Below, one piece after another: positions 34,939 to 44,267 of a stretch of DNA of 64,000 nt; position 1 is the first letter of the stretch; each line of letters begins with the position of its first letter. The notes under the pieces were generated by a model that ran no database searches, was not told the DNA's origin, and saw nothing but the letters and a program-made list of their open reading frames with translations. This DNA is from an uncultured Rikenellaceae bacterium (lineage in GTDB: Bacteria > Bacteroidota > Bacteroidia > Bacteroidales > VadinHA17): positions 58,177 to 122,176 of the forward strand of contig CAZXFB010000007.1 in the NCBI GenBank assembly GCA_964639725.1, given 5' to 3'. A program made the position numbers and the translations under genes.

Positions 34939-35730
34939 TTAATATTTATTTTTTACACAATTTTTAAAAGAGCTCATTAATGTATCACAATATTGGTGTA
35001 ATCCGACAACATCAGCTCCTATATTAATAAATTGATAGCCCATATCAATAAACTCATTAAGTTTTGATATACTCCCTGTTGTTGCAGCAAATTTACCATG
35101 TTTATTGGCTAATTTTGCTACCAGTTTTCGTGTTTCAACCAGGAAGGGATTATTCCAGTCACCCGGAGCACCAATTCCCTGGCTGAAATCACCAGGTCCG
35201 AAAAAGAGCATATCATAACCTTCAAGTGCAGCAATAGCTTCCAGATCCTCAAGTGGTTCAGGGTCCTCAATCTGTAATACAACAAACCGCTGTTCATTAG
35301 CCTGTTTAAGATATTCATTAAAATCGAGACCCGTGTAGAATCCGTCTGCATTACCTCCATCTACAGGACGACGGCCTACTGGATGAAACCTGGTCATATT
35401 AACAACCCTTTTTGCATCTTCAAGATTCATAATATGAGGTACTAAAATACCTGTTGCATCCATTTCAAGCGGCTTGATATAATCGCTGTAACCTCCGCGA
35501 GGAATACGAACCATAACATCAACATTGTGAGCTTTTGCTGCCCAGTTCTGAGCATTAAGTATATCCCAGTCACCAGACTGATGCTCCCTGTCGATCCAGA
35601 TACAGTCAAATCCTTTTCGTCCAACTAGATCGACAGCCTGTCCGTCGCAAAAGTTTACTTTAAAACAATTCACAATTTCTCCTGCTCTCAGTTTTTTTAA
35701 AACCCTGCTTTCTCTCATTCTTATTACCAT
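34939..35730 (-). CDS. HpcH/HpaI-family class II (metal-dependent) 2-keto-3-deoxy-acid aldolase
   Basis: GFDCIWIDREH, VMVRIPRG, GILVPHIMNLEDAKRVV, FHPVGRR and LQIEDPEPLEDLEAIAALEGYDMLFFGPGDF. Confidence 0.8.
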   Translation of the reverse strand: MVIRMRESRVLKKLRAGEIVNCFKVNFCDGQAVDLVGRKGFDCIWIDREHQSGDWDILNAQNWAAKAHNVDVMVRIPRGGYSDYIKPLEMDATGILVPHIMNLEDAKRVVNMTRFHPVGRRPVDGGNADGFYTGLDFNEYLKQANEQRFVVLQIEDPEPLEDLEAIAALEGYDMLFFGPGDFSQGIGAPGDWNNPFLVETRKLVAKLANKHGKFAATTGSISKLNEFIDMGYQFINIGADVVGLHQYCDTLMSSFKNCVKNKY

Positions 35731-35773
35731 AATTGTATACTTATTAAGTTAACCCTCTTTAATGTGACATGTT

Positions 35774-36877
35774 TCAATATTGGCCATATTCCTCAACAAT
35801 ATCATAAACCAGTTTTATTCTTTTTAATTCTGTTCCCGGAGGTACCTGATCGCCTGCTGATTGCACCAGACGGCTGTTTATTTTTTTCAGATCAAGCCAC
35901 TCTATGACATGTGATATAAATTTCCTTTCATTTGTTGAAGGCAGCCACATAACCGGTGAAATACCTCCCATCAAGATCATGTTGTTACCTGCCTGTTGTC
36001 TTATCTCCAGAGGAGTTAAGTCGCCGGTAGGTTTAGGGGTACAAGCATCAGCAACATCAATCCCTGCCTCAGCAGTAATTCCAATTATTCCGCTTAGCAT
36101 TCCATCGATATGAGTTGATACAGTCTTTCCAGCTTTATGAAAATGTTCAGCAATATCTTTATAATGGTCAAAGCTGTATTTCCTGAATATATCTGGTGAT
36201 TGAACATCGCCCGATAAATTATCAGTGAAAATGATGTGCGGAGCTGGTGATTTGCAATAAAGGGCTACAAGTTCAAGATGCATTTTATTATAGGTACTAA
36301 TATACCTTTCCATTAGTTCAGGATATTCATACAGAGCATAAATTGTATTCTGAACACCCATATAATACGACATTAGTGAACCCAGTCCGGTATATCCAAG
36401 ACTTGGAAATCCTAGACCGACATCGCCTCCAATCAGTTCAATCATCTGCCAGTTATCATACCGGGGTATAAATCTTCTCCGCTCAATTGCATATAACAGG
36501 ATTTGGAGGTCCTTCATGTTTTCTACCATCAGTTTTGCAATGTCCCACGAAAAGCTTACCGGGCTCCATTTTCTTTCCATATAAATCTCACCAATGGGTG
36601 TAATAAATCTTTCAATGGCGCGATCACCTGTCAATTCCCTTTCCCTTACTACATTATCTTCATAAAATTCATCATGCAAACTTCCCACTTCTACATACCA
36701 CCCTGACCTGACCTCCCTGTGAAGGTCAGCTATCTCCTTGGTGCAATTACTAATATTAAATAAGTTCCACTGTTGTCCGCTCTCGGCTCTGAACCAGTGT
36801 CCCAGGTCAGCAAACCATGGAACCCTGTCGGGAGTTTCTCCTTTAAGAACTTTTATCAACCTTTCTCTTTCAGTCAT
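35774..36877 (-). CDS. Uroporphyrinogen-decarboxylase (URO-D)-like family protein
   Basis: N-terminus ERLIKVLKGETPDRVPWF is typical of the URO-D/MtaA-like family. The length is about 367 aa with no leader. The assignment rests on motif resemblance only. Confidence 0.5.
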   Translation of the reverse strand: MTERERLIKVLKGETPDRVPWFADLGHWFRAESGQQWNLFNISNCTKEIADLHREVRSGWYVEVGSLHDEFYEDNVVRERELTGDRAIERFITPIGEIYMERKWSPVSFSWDIAKLMVENMKDLQILLYAIERRRFIPRYDNWQMIELIGGDVGLGFPSLGYTGLGSLMSYYMGVQNTIYALYEYPELMERYISTYNKMHLELVALYCKSPAPHIIFTDNLSGDVQSPDIFRKYSFDHYKDIAEHFHKAGKTVSTHIDGMLSGIIGITAEAGIDVADACTPKPTGDLTPLEIRQQAGNNMILMGGISPVMWLPSTNERKFISHVIEWLDLKKINSRLVQSAGDQVPPGTELKRIKLVYDIVEEYGQY

Positions 36878-36999
36878 GAAGCCAACATTTCAGTTACTCA
36901 AATAATATTAAAATAATTATGTTAGGGAATTATACATCAGATTTTTCCTTTGTGCTTAATTTAATGCTCACAATCTTTCATTTAATAAATATTATAAAT

Positions 37000-38325
37000 C
37001 TATCCGAATAACCTGTTAGATTTGCTCCAATGGATCCTTGCAATAAATATGCTTCCATCACTACCATATTTTTCTACCCCTTTAGGTTGCATCCATTCAG
37101 AAGTAGTAACCCAGGTTTCGTCCCTGCTAACATCTGTTACTCCGAAGTTACCCTGTTGTGCTCCCCTGTTAGGTGTTAATGCAATTTCAGTACTGCGGAT
37201 TATACATAACCTGTCAGTATCAACCTGAGCCATAAAAAGAGGAGCCCTGTTTCTGGCAACATGATCATTATTTGCACCTCGCCGTGTATAAACAAGGAAA
37301 AGAGCATCACTGTGAGTGACCCAATGTGCCTGAGTATTATAACTTCCAAGATCAGAATTATCATCAAACTTCCATGATTGTATCGGATCAAAGTTTAATC
37401 CATCCTTACTCCTTGTAACAAACGCTTTTTTATCATTTCGAATTGTCAGAAAAAACTCGTTATTGAATTTTGAAAGTGAAGGTTCATGAAGACCCCTGGT
37501 TTCATCATCAATCTTCAATTCATTGCTATGAGAGAGGTAATGCAGAATTTTTCCATCAAATTTACACCGGAGAACTGTAACTCTTGAGTTTTTACCTAAC
37601 GGTACATAGTATACAGGCAGAAGTATTGTACCATCTTTTTCATCGAATCGTTGTACACATCCGGCACCAGAATCGTGAAATATACCTGTATCCGGCATTT
37701 TAAGTTTCTGCCATTCAGCCCATTCATCTGTATCAGAGTTATAAATAGAAAATGTCGTATCCCGCGGGCGTTTGGCTCCGGGAGTCATAACTTTCCAATC
37801 TTGTGTGTAAGCTACCGTGTGCCCTGTGCCCAGAAGTGTCTTTGTTGCAGCATGCCATTTTGGCCAAAAATCACTTGCTGCAACCGGACGTTGAACACCA
37901 TCAATCACCTCCCAGCGATAGGTCATATTCTTAAGTTCCCCAGGTGTGGTCCATGACTTTCCAAGGTCATCGGTCTTCATTGAAAACATACCCTTGAAAA
38001 CATCACTCCCGGTTAGCTCAGCGGTATTCATCGTCATAATAATTTGAGGTAACCCATTTTTTCCTGCTCCCGGAATAATTCCTGCACGAGGATGTGCCCA
38101 ACATCTTTGACCATCAAACAGTTTAGCGGGTATGTCAAGAGACAGGTTAAAACCCGGTTTACGCTGTTTTACAGATTCATCGGACTGGAACATTCTTCCT
38201 GCTGTCAGTGGCAGAGATAATAATGAAATGCCACTGACAAGAGATTTCTTTATAAAACTACGTCTCTCTATATTAGTATGACCTGAATTTATTTTATTAT
38301 TCCTTTTCATATCAATATTGTTCAT
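37000..38325 (-). CDS. Asp-box beta-propeller protein (family C, Tat-leader copy)
   Basis: Leader ...NIERRSFIKKSLVSGISLLSLPLTAG and motif TDDLGKSWTTP. The C-terminal half parallels 15844-17103. The longest ORF starts at 38373 but overlaps the upstream gene by 32 nt, so Met at 38325 or 38310 is more likely. Confidence 0.65.
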   Translation of the reverse strand: MNNIDMKRNNKINSGHTNIERRSFIKKSLVSGISLLSLPLTAGRMFQSDESVKQRKPGFNLSLDIPAKLFDGQRCWAHPRAGIIPGAGKNGLPQIIMTMNTAELTGSDVFKGMFSMKTDDLGKSWTTPGELKNMTYRWEVIDGVQRPVAASDFWPKWHAATKTLLGTGHTVAYTQDWKVMTPGAKRPRDTTFSIYNSDTDEWAEWQKLKMPDTGIFHDSGAGCVQRFDEKDGTILLPVYYVPLGKNSRVTVLRCKFDGKILHYLSHSNELKIDDETRGLHEPSLSKFNNEFFLTIRNDKKAFVTRSKDGLNFDPIQSWKFDDNSDLGSYNTQAHWVTHSDALFLVYTRRGANNDHVARNRAPLFMAQVDTDRLCIIRSTEIALTPNRGAQQGNFGVTDVSRDETWVTTSEWMQPKGVEKYGSDGSIFIARIHWSKSNRLFG

Positions 38326-38341
38326 AATAAGATCCAAAACA

Positions 38342-39769
38342 TTATTTAAACCTGATAGAGTATAAATCTGCATCCTTCATATAAATACGCAACCGTACAG
38401 GCTTATTTGCCAGTTTTTTTAAACTTTTATTATCTTTCCAGGAGGCAATACCGGCTATCTCATTGCCAACAAGTGATTTTGATTCACTAAAAGAAAAACC
38501 CGTAAATGGCTGACCATTAATATCCTGAATCTCAATCTTAATCTCTCCGGCTACAGAAGTAGAATAGTTTAATTCAAGTTCATCACCTGAAAAAGTAAAT
38601 TGTTTTGTAATCAATTCACCTCCAGTATAAGATGCATTCAAAGAAGTAAAACCGTCGAGCCGCATAGAATAGCGATGAAGATGGGCTGTTGGCTGTGCAT
38701 AATCCTGGTTAACATAGAGAGACATCTCTTCCGGTCCTGTCTGAACAATATTAAGACAAGGATAATTTGTACGTGCTGACCAGTTATTCAAACCTATTCC
38801 TGGGCGAATGAACGACTCCATAAATGTCCGCTCATATCTATTCCCTCCCCGAGTAGTCATAATATACGCATCTGACAATCCTTTGAATTGTGTAGGATCA
38901 ACTTTTAATTTTTTAAGTTGCTCCTCTGTCATTATCTGCCTGTCAGGAATAAATCTAGCACCAATGGAAAGATAAATCTGAGGAGCCCTGAAATAAGGGC
39001 TTGTCTGTTGGGTATAAAGATGCTCAGTTGGAGTATCACCATATGTCATCACAACTGGCTCAGACCAATTGAGAAAGTCTTTGGATGTACTCCTGCTGAT
39101 TCCACGAAATCGTTTATCAGAAAAAATGCGGAAATAACAAACATAGAGTTTTTCACTTTCTGACCAGAAAGAAACGTTTTGAGAATCAAAAGCACCTTTT
39201 CTTATAACTCCTTCATCTTTAATCTTTCTCCAGTGAATACCATCGGGCGAAACAAATGGAATCAAACCCGTTTTTGAATTTCCCCCAAAAGCTTTATATT
39301 TCTGATCAGATGTTATGTCAGGATTGGAATCCAAAAAAGGAGAGAAATTATGGGTTACCGGTTCCGTTAAGAGCACTACATTATTCTGCATTGACCCCTT
39401 AACTTCATTCAGATCCAATATTGGTTTCACCCATTTGATACCATCATCCGACTCGGCATAACATGTTAGCTGTGGACCTGAAATCTCATCCATCCCACGA
39501 TAATAGAGTCGAAATATATCTTTATCCTTTATTATGGTACTGTAAGTACAAAATTTACCCTCCCACGGTTTATCAAAATAAACAACAGCTCCTTCGTCAT
39601 GTGGATGGTGCATAACAATCTTTATGCCTTCAAGTTTATCAATAATATAATAGTCGGTAAAGATCTCCCTGTTATAACCTAACCGGATGATCTCATTTCT
39701 GCCAGTTTGGGCAGACTCTTTAAAACCGGATAATGCAATAAGAATTATTAAAAAGAAGAACTTACTCAT
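38342..39769 (-). CDS. Secreted beta-propeller-like putative glycoside hydrolase, family not identified (family B)
   Basis: Signal peptide present. Paralog of 9382-10995, sharing YRGMD/YRMYY, YAESDDGIKW, SPDGIHW, FDSQNVSFW, HLYTQQTSPYFRAP, RLDGFTS and NKPVRLRIYMKDADLYSIRFK. Confidence 0.55.
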   Translation of the reverse strand: MSKFFFLIILIALSGFKESAQTGRNEIIRLGYNREIFTDYYIIDKLEGIKIVMHHPHDEGAVVYFDKPWEGKFCTYSTIIKDKDIFRLYYRGMDEISGPQLTCYAESDDGIKWVKPILDLNEVKGSMQNNVVLLTEPVTHNFSPFLDSNPDITSDQKYKAFGGNSKTGLIPFVSPDGIHWRKIKDEGVIRKGAFDSQNVSFWSESEKLYVCYFRIFSDKRFRGISRSTSKDFLNWSEPVVMTYGDTPTEHLYTQQTSPYFRAPQIYLSIGARFIPDRQIMTEEQLKKLKVDPTQFKGLSDAYIMTTRGGNRYERTFMESFIRPGIGLNNWSARTNYPCLNIVQTGPEEMSLYVNQDYAQPTAHLHRYSMRLDGFTSLNASYTGGELITKQFTFSGDELELNYSTSVAGEIKIEIQDINGQPFTGFSFSESKSLVGNEIAGIASWKDNKSLKKLANKPVRLRIYMKDADLYSIRFK

Positions 39770-39870
39770 TTTATTTTTTTATCATGATTGTTAATAATAC
39801 CGGGGTGATTAATGTAACTGACGAAAAGAGGTTATAATAAACTTAAGTATACTCTTTAATTTCAAAATAA

Positions 39871-40713
39871 TCAATGATCTCCCTCATAATATTCACCTCC
39901 GCAAACTGAAGAATTAACATCATAAATTGAGAGTTCCTTAAACATCAGACGTGCAATCTGGGAATGCCCATTCCCATTTGGATGAAGTGGATCATTTAAC
40001 CAATCCTTATAAACATTAATTGTTGCACTATTTTGAAATGTATCCTGCCAATGGTAATAATTATCAATAAGAATTAGTTTCTCTTTTTCAGCAACCTTCC
40101 TGATTACAGATACATAGTCAGGTAATTTTGTTCTTTCAGGAGATTTTCTGAATATTATCAGGTTTGGAGTATGAAGTATAGGTACCGCTTTCATATCCCT
40201 TATAGCATTAACCAGCAGAATAAGGTTCTTTTCAAATAGTTCAATCTGAATCCTTTCTTTTGAACAATCATTGGTCCCTATCATCAGAGACACAACGTTT
40301 GGCTTGAACTGTTTAATCCTCCACTCCAAATCATCAAGAATAGTTTGAGTTGTATTACCACTAATACCTGTATTGATAATGATATCCCGCATCCTGGACA
40401 ATTCCCACCTGATACGTTCTGCAAAGATCTCAGGATAAGAACGATATCCTTGTGTATGTTTTGCCCCATGGGTTATACTGTCACCTGTAAATAACCAAAT
40501 GATCGGATCTTTTAGTTTTAAGTGACCCGAGATCCATTCATGATCCGGAAGTTCCTTTCCGGATGCAACATTTCTATCATATACTCTTATTTTACTATTG
40601 CCTGCTGCAATCCGTTGAGATTTTGCTGAAAGAGCAAAAGTGAAGGTTGAAAAGTATAAAGATTTCTCAAAGAATCTTCTTCTGGAAATTCTGATCTCTT
40701 TCATACCACTCAT
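39871..40713 (-). CDS. SGNH/GDSL-family esterase with an RR leader (candidate sugar O-acetylesterase)
   Basis: Leader ISRRRFFEKSLYFSTFTFALSA. Block I is LFTGDSITHG, block III is GTND and block V is DPLHPNGNGH. Confidence 0.75.
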   Translation of the reverse strand: MSGMKEIRISRRRFFEKSLYFSTFTFALSAKSQRIAAGNSKIRVYDRNVASGKELPDHEWISGHLKLKDPIIWLFTGDSITHGAKHTQGYRSYPEIFAERIRWELSRMRDIIINTGISGNTTQTILDDLEWRIKQFKPNVVSLMIGTNDCSKERIQIELFEKNLILLVNAIRDMKAVPILHTPNLIIFRKSPERTKLPDYVSVIRKVAEKEKLILIDNYYHWQDTFQNSATINVYKDWLNDPLHPNGNGHSQIARLMFKELSIYDVNSSVCGGEYYEGDH

Positions 40714-40757
40714 GATCTGAAGTTTTTGTATTTTTCAGGATTATACTATTTATTATC

Positions 40758-41849
40758 TCAACGAACAAACCAACGGATTCTGTATTTTCCCTCTTTGCGT
40801 TGAAACTTTAGTGAATAAGGATCAACAATCCATAAGCTGACATTACCATCCGATTTTGGCATCAACCAACCAAAATCCCATTCCTTACTTTTGTATTTTA
40901 AAGGAATGGCAGGTTTAACCCTGACCACTGGCTGTGATGCTGCCATAAATTCTTTTCTACCGGTATAATAATAACATGATCCGCAATGAATAAATACCTC
41001 ATGGTTTATTGTTTCTGTCTTGGCAGGAGACAAATCACTACACAATCCACTAATTCCTACTTTAACCTCTTTCCCATGCTCAAATGCTTCAGCCAGAGCC
41101 TCAATTGAACCTGATAAAACCTTATTGTCGGCACTATTTGAATAAACCTCTTCCCAGCTATCGCATACCCAGAATTTATATATATCAAAGTCATATACAA
41201 AATTGCTGCTTGGTGCGTTTGTACCAGCATCCCAGCTATCGAACTGGTGATACTTAGGCATGTCACTATGATCATCAATTGGGGATTGTCCAAAGTCTTC
41301 TGAGGCAGGTATTCCATCCAGATATGGACGGGCAATAGCCTGGTCAGCATTCTGATTGTAGAGAAAGAATGACATTGATGGTCTCGGACCAAAACCTTTT
41401 GGAAGATCAATAGGTTGACGAAGATTTATTATACCGGCAACCCAGCGGTTATCCAATAAGTAAGTGATCCTGAAATCAGCTACTTCCCTGATTAGTTCAG
41501 GATCTGAAGATTTAGTGTCAATATGCTCATTATGATGAAATTCGGTATAGATCCTCAGATCTGCACCACGTCGGATAGCTGCAACCAGCATTTCCTCACT
41601 GCCTGATATTACCTTCCTGTCGCGGTCAAGTACCAGCATACATTTCCAGTTACTGTTTTCATTCATTTTGTTGTTCCCATTTAAGAGTTCCCCAGGTGAC
41701 ATATTTCCTCTGAATGTTGATGCCATATTTCCATAATTATTTACGGAATCTGACTCTCTATTAAGAAATGCAATTCTTTGGTTTCCCGTTCTGTTCCGGC
41801 AACCTAAAAGTAAAAGAATTAGCAAACAAAAAGCCAGTGTTCTATTCAT
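40758..41849 (-). CDS. Lipoprotein of unknown function
   Basis: Lipobox LLLLGC and an uninterrupted 363-aa ORF inside the co-directional array. I recognise no motif. Confidence 0.5.
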   Translation of the reverse strand: MNRTLAFCLLILLLLGCRNRTGNQRIAFLNRESDSVNNYGNMASTFRGNMSPGELLNGNNKMNENSNWKCMLVLDRDRKVISGSEEMLVAAIRRGADLRIYTEFHHNEHIDTKSSDPELIREVADFRITYLLDNRWVAGIINLRQPIDLPKGFGPRPSMSFFLYNQNADQAIARPYLDGIPASEDFGQSPIDDHSDMPKYHQFDSWDAGTNAPSSNFVYDFDIYKFWVCDSWEEVYSNSADNKVLSGSIEALAEAFEHGKEVKVGISGLCSDLSPAKTETINHEVFIHCGSCYYYTGRKEFMAASQPVVRVKPAIPLKYKSKEWDFGWLMPKSDGNVSLWIVDPYSLKFQRKEGKYRIRWFVR

Positions 41850-41920
41850 TTCAGATATTTATTATAGCTGAAGTATGTAAAGAATAAAGGATAAATATAA
41901 ACTCCCTTGCAGGATTTGTC

Positions 41921-43012
41921 CTATTTATATATCCAGTCTAGGTCCATTCTTACCAGAGTCGATCCCCAGTGAAACCAGTCTGAGTAGCATAATAATACAT
42001 AATTATCAATAAAATGGAGAGCAGGATAGCAATAGACACCATCTGGTTTGTCGGCAAGGACCTTATTTTTCATCCATGTTTTCCCATCATCTTTTGAAAC
42101 AGCAATATTTAATGGGGTTCGTTTCTGGTTGAGTCCATTATCATTCCATACCATAAGCAGATCGCCCGTTGAAGGGATTCTTGTTATAATCGCAGGGGAA
42201 CAGGGAGATTTAATGTTGCTGGGTTCAACAGCACTCCATGTTTCGCCTTTATCCTTAGAATAAGAGAAATATTGAACTCCGGCAGTTGTACGTATATACA
42301 TAAGTATTTCACCATTATTTAACTCTACCATACCAGGCTCCTGTGTAACAATGGCAGCTGGATTTTCTACTTCCTTACTTGCTTTCCAGTTTCGACCATT
42401 ATCATCAGAATAATAACTCCACAAACGTCCCACTGCAGCAGCTTTTGTTTCACCCGGGCTCTGATGCATTGCAACAGCTAATAAAAGCCGGCCACTTTTA
42501 AGTTGAATTACGCGATTATTATTTAGCACAAAATAAGCTGCTTTATCTGTTATACAGGGTAAAGGATCACTCCATGTTTTAGCTTCATCATTCGATAAAC
42601 GTATTAATGGAATACAATCTGTTTCAGAATTCTTTTTAAGATAGAACAAGGCTATTTCACCATTCTGTAACCTCAGTAGTGAGACTGACATGACATTCAT
42701 AGTTCCTTCCTGCCCGACAATTTTCACATCCTCTTCTGACCATGTTTTACCTTTATCGTCTGAGTATCTTCCTGCCAGAAAGGCACTTGCATTATCATCC
42801 ATTGAAGTACCGGTATAATGGCTATAAATAAAAAGAATTCTGCCATCCTTCAAAGTGATAAAGTCACCTTCACTATTTCGCGGATTATCAGCAACAGGGA
42901 GAAGCTTAAGTACATCTTCCATTCCCTGAGCTACTTCATTACTCTTACTGGCAGACCTGTTCCCGCAACCATAACCTATTAGTATTAACAAACAGAGAGC
43001 TGATATTTTCAT
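41921..43012 (-). CDS. Sialidase-like glycosidase, family A (lipoprotein), tandem copy 4
   Basis: DNPRNSEGDFITLKDGRILFIYSHYTG, SDDKGKTW, GTMNVMSVSLLRLQNGEIALFYL, CITDK, TRIPSTGDL, QKRTPL, SKDDGKTW and YCYPALHF. I chose Met at 43012 (MKISALCLLILIGYGC). The longest ORF reaches 43084. Confidence 0.8.
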   Translation of the reverse strand: MKISALCLLILIGYGCGNRSASKSNEVAQGMEDVLKLLPVADNPRNSEGDFITLKDGRILFIYSHYTGTSMDDNASAFLAGRYSDDKGKTWSEEDVKIVGQEGTMNVMSVSLLRLQNGEIALFYLKKNSETDCIPLIRLSNDEAKTWSDPLPCITDKAAYFVLNNNRVIQLKSGRLLLAVAMHQSPGETKAAAVGRLWSYYSDDNGRNWKASKEVENPAAIVTQEPGMVELNNGEILMYIRTTAGVQYFSYSKDKGETWSAVEPSNIKSPCSPAIITRIPSTGDLLMVWNDNGLNQKRTPLNIAVSKDDGKTWMKNKVLADKPDGVYCYPALHFIDNYVLLCYSDWFHWGSTLVRMDLDWIYK

Positions 43013-43099
43013 AATATCAGAGAAATGAATACAGGCATCAATATGTGCTGTTCCTGGTTCGCAAATGGCAGAGATCTTTTTCATTTTCTTCTATTTATT

Positions 43100-44200
43100 T
43101 TAATTATAAATCCAATCAAGACTTATTCTAGCTACGTCCAAAACTGCCCAATTTTTCCCTTTAGATGTGCTGCCGGCAGTATAGCCCAATAAAACATTAT
43201 CCCCGGTAAAATGAATTGCAGTATAGCAATAACGCCCTTCAGGATTCTCTTCAATACTTTTAATATTATTCCATGTGATTCCTTCATCTCTTGAAATGGC
43301 AATTTTTAATGGAGAACGTATCTGGTTTAAACCATTGTCATCCCAAACCAGAAGTAAATCACCGGTAGAGGGTATTCTTGCTATTGATGCAGGAGCAACC
43401 GGAGAATTTATTTTACTTCTTTCTGAAGGACTCCAGGATTCTCCTTTATCTTTTGAATAGGATATATACTGTACTCCCGCATTAGTGCGTATTAACATAA
43501 ATATATCACCATTTTTCAGCTCAACCAGAGCCGGTTCCTGAGTCAGTACATTATCCGGATTAGGGACTTCAGCACTGGACCTCCAGCTTCGACCATTATC
43601 ATCAGAATAGTAACCCCACAGACGATCTGTATAGAGTTTTGATTCTTCTGAAACAGCAAAAAGAATCCGTCCGTTACTTAATTGGATAACATGATTATTG
43701 TGAAGGCAAAAGTAACCTTTCTTATCAGTGATGCATGGTCTGGGATCGCCCCAGCTAACAGCTTCATCATCTGATATTCTAATAATGGGAATACAGTCTG
43801 TTTCAGAATTTTTCCTTAAATAAAACAACGCTATTTCGCCATTTTGTAACCTGAGAAGTGATACAGACATTACATTCATTGTACCTTCCTGGTCAACAAT
43901 TTTCTTATCATCGGTGGTCCAGCTTTTACCCTGGTCACTTGAGTATCTCCCAGCCAGGTATGCATTCGCATTGTCATTATCTGAAGAACCAGTATATCTG
44001 GTAAAAACAAATAATAACCTTCCATCCTTAAGAGTAATAAAGTCACCCTCACTATTTCGTGGATTATCAAGACCTGACTCGAGTCTGAGAACAATCTCCT
44101 TTCCACTTGCTGAACTTTTATTTTCTCCCTGTCTTGTCTTACACCCTGAATTGATAAGTATTAATATTAAAATAACAAATATCTTAATCACTCCTGCCAT
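43100..44200 (-). CDS. Sialidase-like glycosidase, family A (lipoprotein), tandem copy 3
   Basis: DNPRNSEGDFITLKDGRLLFVFTRYTG, SSDQGKSW, GTMNVMSVSLLRLQNGEIALFYL, CITDK, ARIPSTGDL, SRDEGITW and YCYTAIHF. I chose Met at 44200 (MAGVIKIFVILILILINSGC). The longest ORF reaches 44251. Confidence 0.8.
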   Translation of the reverse strand: MAGVIKIFVILILILINSGCKTRQGENKSSASGKEIVLRLESGLDNPRNSEGDFITLKDGRLLFVFTRYTGSSDNDNANAYLAGRYSSDQGKSWTTDDKKIVDQEGTMNVMSVSLLRLQNGEIALFYLRKNSETDCIPIIRISDDEAVSWGDPRPCITDKKGYFCLHNNHVIQLSNGRILFAVSEESKLYTDRLWGYYSDDNGRSWRSSAEVPNPDNVLTQEPALVELKNGDIFMLIRTNAGVQYISYSKDKGESWSPSERSKINSPVAPASIARIPSTGDLLLVWDDNGLNQIRSPLKIAISRDEGITWNNIKSIEENPEGRYCYTAIHFTGDNVLLGYTAGSTSKGKNWAVLDVARISLDWIYN

Positions 44201-44267
44201 TTTAAATATTACAAATGTGTTTGATTTGCGGTTTATTAATAAGTTTGGCATTTTACAAATAAATCAA

